Source of the DNA: Nannocystis bainbridge
GTDB lineage: Bacteria; Myxococcota_A; Polyangia; Nannocystales; Nannocystaceae
Assembly (NCBI RefSeq): GCF_028368995.1
Contig: NZ_JAQNDL010000001.1
Span: 896,001 to 960,000 of the forward strand
DNA length: 64,000 bases
Direction of reading: 5' to 3'
Of this stretch, positions 61,780 through 64,000 are shown one piece after another (the stretch's first letter is position 1; each line of letters begins with the position of its first letter). Under the pieces are notes generated by a model. The model was given only the letters and a program-made list of their open reading frames with translations. It searched no databases and was not told the DNA's origin. The position numbers and the translations under genes are program-made.

Positions 61780-61916
61780 ATGACGCCGAGGCCGCGCCGG
61801 GCTCGTCCGCAGCGGTCCCAGGCCCGCACCTCCGGGCCCGGGGGCGGTCTGCGGCGGCCGTCCGGCGAGGTGCGGCTAGACTTCGCGCGCGCCCAACCGC
61901 GGCGCGGACCGACCTC

Positions 61917-62258
61917 ATGGGCAAGAAGCGAAAGCTCCGCAAGAACCTGCACAAGCGCGAGATCGACGACCAGCCGGCGCTGGTGATCTGCGTCGGCAAG
62001 TCGTGCGCCCCGCGCGAGGTCTCGCGCCTGCTGGCCGACCAGACCCGGGCCTACGCCGCGGCCACCGGCGGCAAGGTGCGCGTGGCCCTGGTCGGCTGCC
62101 TGCACATCTGCAAAAAGGGCCCGCTCGCCGCGACCTGGCCCGACATCGAATTTTATAAAAAGGTCGACCTGGCCCGCGCCTGCCGCCTGGTCGACGAGCT
62201 GGCCGCGACGGTCCCCGACCTGCCCTTGCAGGCAGGTCCCTCCGGACATTCTCCATGA
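61917..62258 (+). CDS. Thioredoxin-like [2Fe-2S] ferredoxin
   Basis: ICVGKSC ... GCLHICKKGP. Confidence 0.75.
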   Translation: MGKKRKLRKNLHKREIDDQPALVICVGKSCAPREVSRLLADQTRAYAAATGGKVRVALVGCLHICKKGPLAATWPDIEFYKKVDLARACRLVDELAATVPDLPLQAGPSGHSP

Positions 62259-62306
62259 GACATGCTCCCCGGGACATGCTCTGAAGAGCATGTCCTGGGA
62301 GACATC
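62216..62306. repeat. 14-bp-phased motif array running through the ferredoxin stop codon
   Basis: Cores at 62219, 62233, 62247, 62261, 62275, 62289 and 62303. Confidence 0.85.
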
Positions 62307-62663
62307 TTCTCCGCTTGCCCCGCAAGATCGCTGCGATCCGGCCCACGGCCGCGGAGCGCTGCGTGCCCACGGCCGCGCGTCCGCTCCCGCACCGCGCTTC
62401 GCGTGCGTCCCCCGCGATTCGCGCCCGAGCTCCACGTCCTGTCCCTTCGGACAGCCCGTCGATGCGTGCTGGCACCTGCCCGGAGCTCCAGGCCGCTGGC
62501 GTCGGCCCTCGCGCCAGCGCGCGCTGTGGCCCCTGCGCAGGCGGAGCGCCGCGTCGCCGCCGGGCGGTGACGGGACGTGTCGGCATGGGGGACGCGGGAC
62601 CTCGCGGCGTCCGGTCGCGGCTGATTGAGCGACCGACGCTCGCGCGGTAAGGTCACCGCCGAC

Positions 62664-63503
62664 GTGGCGAGGCAAGCAGCAGCGCGGAGTTGGTGGTCGC
62701 GCGCGATCGTGCGGGGACTGTTCGCGCTGACGGCCGGGTGCACGGGCGGATCGGAGCCCGCCGGCAGCGGCACGACGTCCGGCGGCACCGCGACGGGCGA
62801 GGCCTCGACCCTCACGACCGGCGGCACGACGCCGACCACCTCCTCGACCACCGGCGAGCCGCCGCCGCCGCCGACCGCCTGCGCCGAGCCGACCACCCTC
62901 TCTGCCGCGCCGCGCACCATCGCCGAGGCCGTCGCCTTCATCAACGAGCTGCCGCAGCCGCTCACGCTCGATTGCTTCCTCGAACGGCTCGAGCGGCCGC
63001 TGGCGATCGCCGCGACCAAGAGCGTGATCAGCCTGCAGCCGGCGGAGGGCGCGAGCAGCCCGCGGCTGTTCCTGTTCTTCGGCGAGTTCGTCATGTCGGT
63101 CGCGGTCGACGGCCACGGCTTCCAGCTGCTCGAGTTCGGCGAGCCCGTCGGGCAGTGGCGATCGATCAAGGCCGAGGTCTCCTTCCCGCTCACCGACATC
63201 ATGGGCATCGAGGCCCCGTTCACCCGCGTCCTCCGCGACCCGGGCGGCGGCGGCACCTCCTGCGGCGTGTGCCACGGCAGCGAGGCGCCCGCGCCCGAGT
63301 ACCCGCAGGCCTTCGCCTCCGACGCCCTGCGGTTCCCCGACTTCGAGCTGGTCTCGTTCGCCGACCTGCGCGGCGAGTACGAGCGCTGCGATCCCGCCGC
63401 CCAGCCCGAGCGCTGCGCCCGGCTCACGGCCCTGTTCGGCCACGGCGAGGTCGAGGCGGCCGCGTTCCCCGAGGCCATGCCGACGATCTACGACTACGAG
63501 TGA
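62664..63503 (+). CDS. Lipoprotein with single CxxCH heme motif (start uncertain)
   Basis: Lipobox LTAGC; T-rich stalk; SPRLFLF; LLEFGE; SCGVCHG. Confidence 0.7.
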   Translation: MARQAAARSWWSRAIVRGLFALTAGCTGGSEPAGSGTTSGGTATGEASTLTTGGTTPTTSSTTGEPPPPPTACAEPTTLSAAPRTIAEAVAFINELPQPLTLDCFLERLERPLAIAATKSVISLQPAEGASSPRLFLFFGEFVMSVAVDGHGFQLLEFGEPVGQWRSIKAEVSFPLTDIMGIEAPFTRVLRDPGGGGTSCGVCHGSEAPAPEYPQAFASDALRFPDFELVSFADLRGEYERCDPAAQPERCARLTALFGHGEVEAAAFPEAMPTIYDYE

Positions 63504-63578
63504 CCGCGGCGACTTCGAGGGCCCGACGGCCGGGCCTCACGCGATCGGGAGCGGGCCGACCGCCCCCGTTGCGCTCAG

Positions 63579-63634
63579 AGACATGTCTCCTACGACATGT
63601 CCCGTGCGACATGCCCGAGCGAGCATGTCCGAAG
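63579..63634. repeat. 14-bp-phased motif array (4 units)
   Basis: CATG at 63582, 63596, 63610 and 63624. Confidence 0.85.
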
Positions 63635-63678
63635 CGCCACCTCGCGCCCGCGCGGCCGCGAGCGCCAGGCGGGCCGTC

Positions 63679-64000
63679 TCAGGCCGCGGTCGGCTCGGGG
63701 CCGACGATCGAGAACACCGCCCCGTACGGGTCGGAGACCACGGCGATGCGCCCGTGCGGCGAGTCGAACGGCCCGTGCAGCAGCTTGCCGCCGTGCTGGC
63801 GCACCCGCTCGGCCCCGGCGTCGGGGTCGGCGACGCGGAAGTAGGTCATCCAGTGCGGCGGCGCCTCGCCCCACTCCGCCGTCATCTGCAGGCGCCCGCC
63901 GACGGCCTTGCCCTCGAGGTTGTAGACCGTGTAGTCGAAGGTCTTGCCGTCGCCCATCTGCTGCTGCTCGAACGGGAACAGGCGGCGATAGAACGCGTCG
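63679..64000 (-). CDS. VOC/glyoxalase protein (5' end outside window)
   Basis: PHWMTYFRVAD.D; GG.LL.GP.D; GRIAVVSDPYGA. Confidence 0.85.
   Translation of the reverse strand, partial: DAFYRRLFPFEQQQMGDGKTFDYTVYNLEGKAVGGRLQMTAEWGEAPPHWMTYFRVADPDAGAERVRQHGGKLLHGPFDSPHGRIAVVSDPYGAVFSIVGPEPTAA

Overview
This is a very GC-rich, myxobacterial-looking chromosomal window; the gene families suggest Nannocystaceae, which is an inference. It holds about 55 genes. Housekeeping genes: pdhABC, acnA, bioB, a type I-beta DAHP synthase, rsmD, an aminotransferase, msrC and an MscS channel. It also carries many Thr/Ser-stalked lipoproteins (vWA, Cys-rich, pectin-acetylesterase-like, c-type cytochrome), a ferritin-like lipoprotein, three small regulatory cassettes (LysR-GST, AraC-VOC, CMD-ECF41) and a decaying accessory patch at about 21.5-26.5 kb. 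I found no rRNA, tRNA, cas or transposase genes. Two things stand out. (1) A 14-bp palindrome, TGTCC-N4-GGACA, is heavily iterated: I counted at least 14 perfect copies by eye. It occurs singly, as head-to-tail arrays with 14-bp phasing between convergent genes, as repeat-spacer clusters, and inside ORFs, where it forces rare codons. (2) A PlpX/PcpX-like ('splicease'-type) radical SAM/SPASM enzyme faces a Cys-rich exported protein that has a CxxC..CPFC leader and a single F-Y-G motif, which suggests backbone modification of a surface protein. Other oddities are an orphan TssB-TssC fusion, a BioB with altered auxiliary-cluster ligands, and an ankyrin-Tudor fusion. All product calls come from motif recognition by eye; no database search was run.
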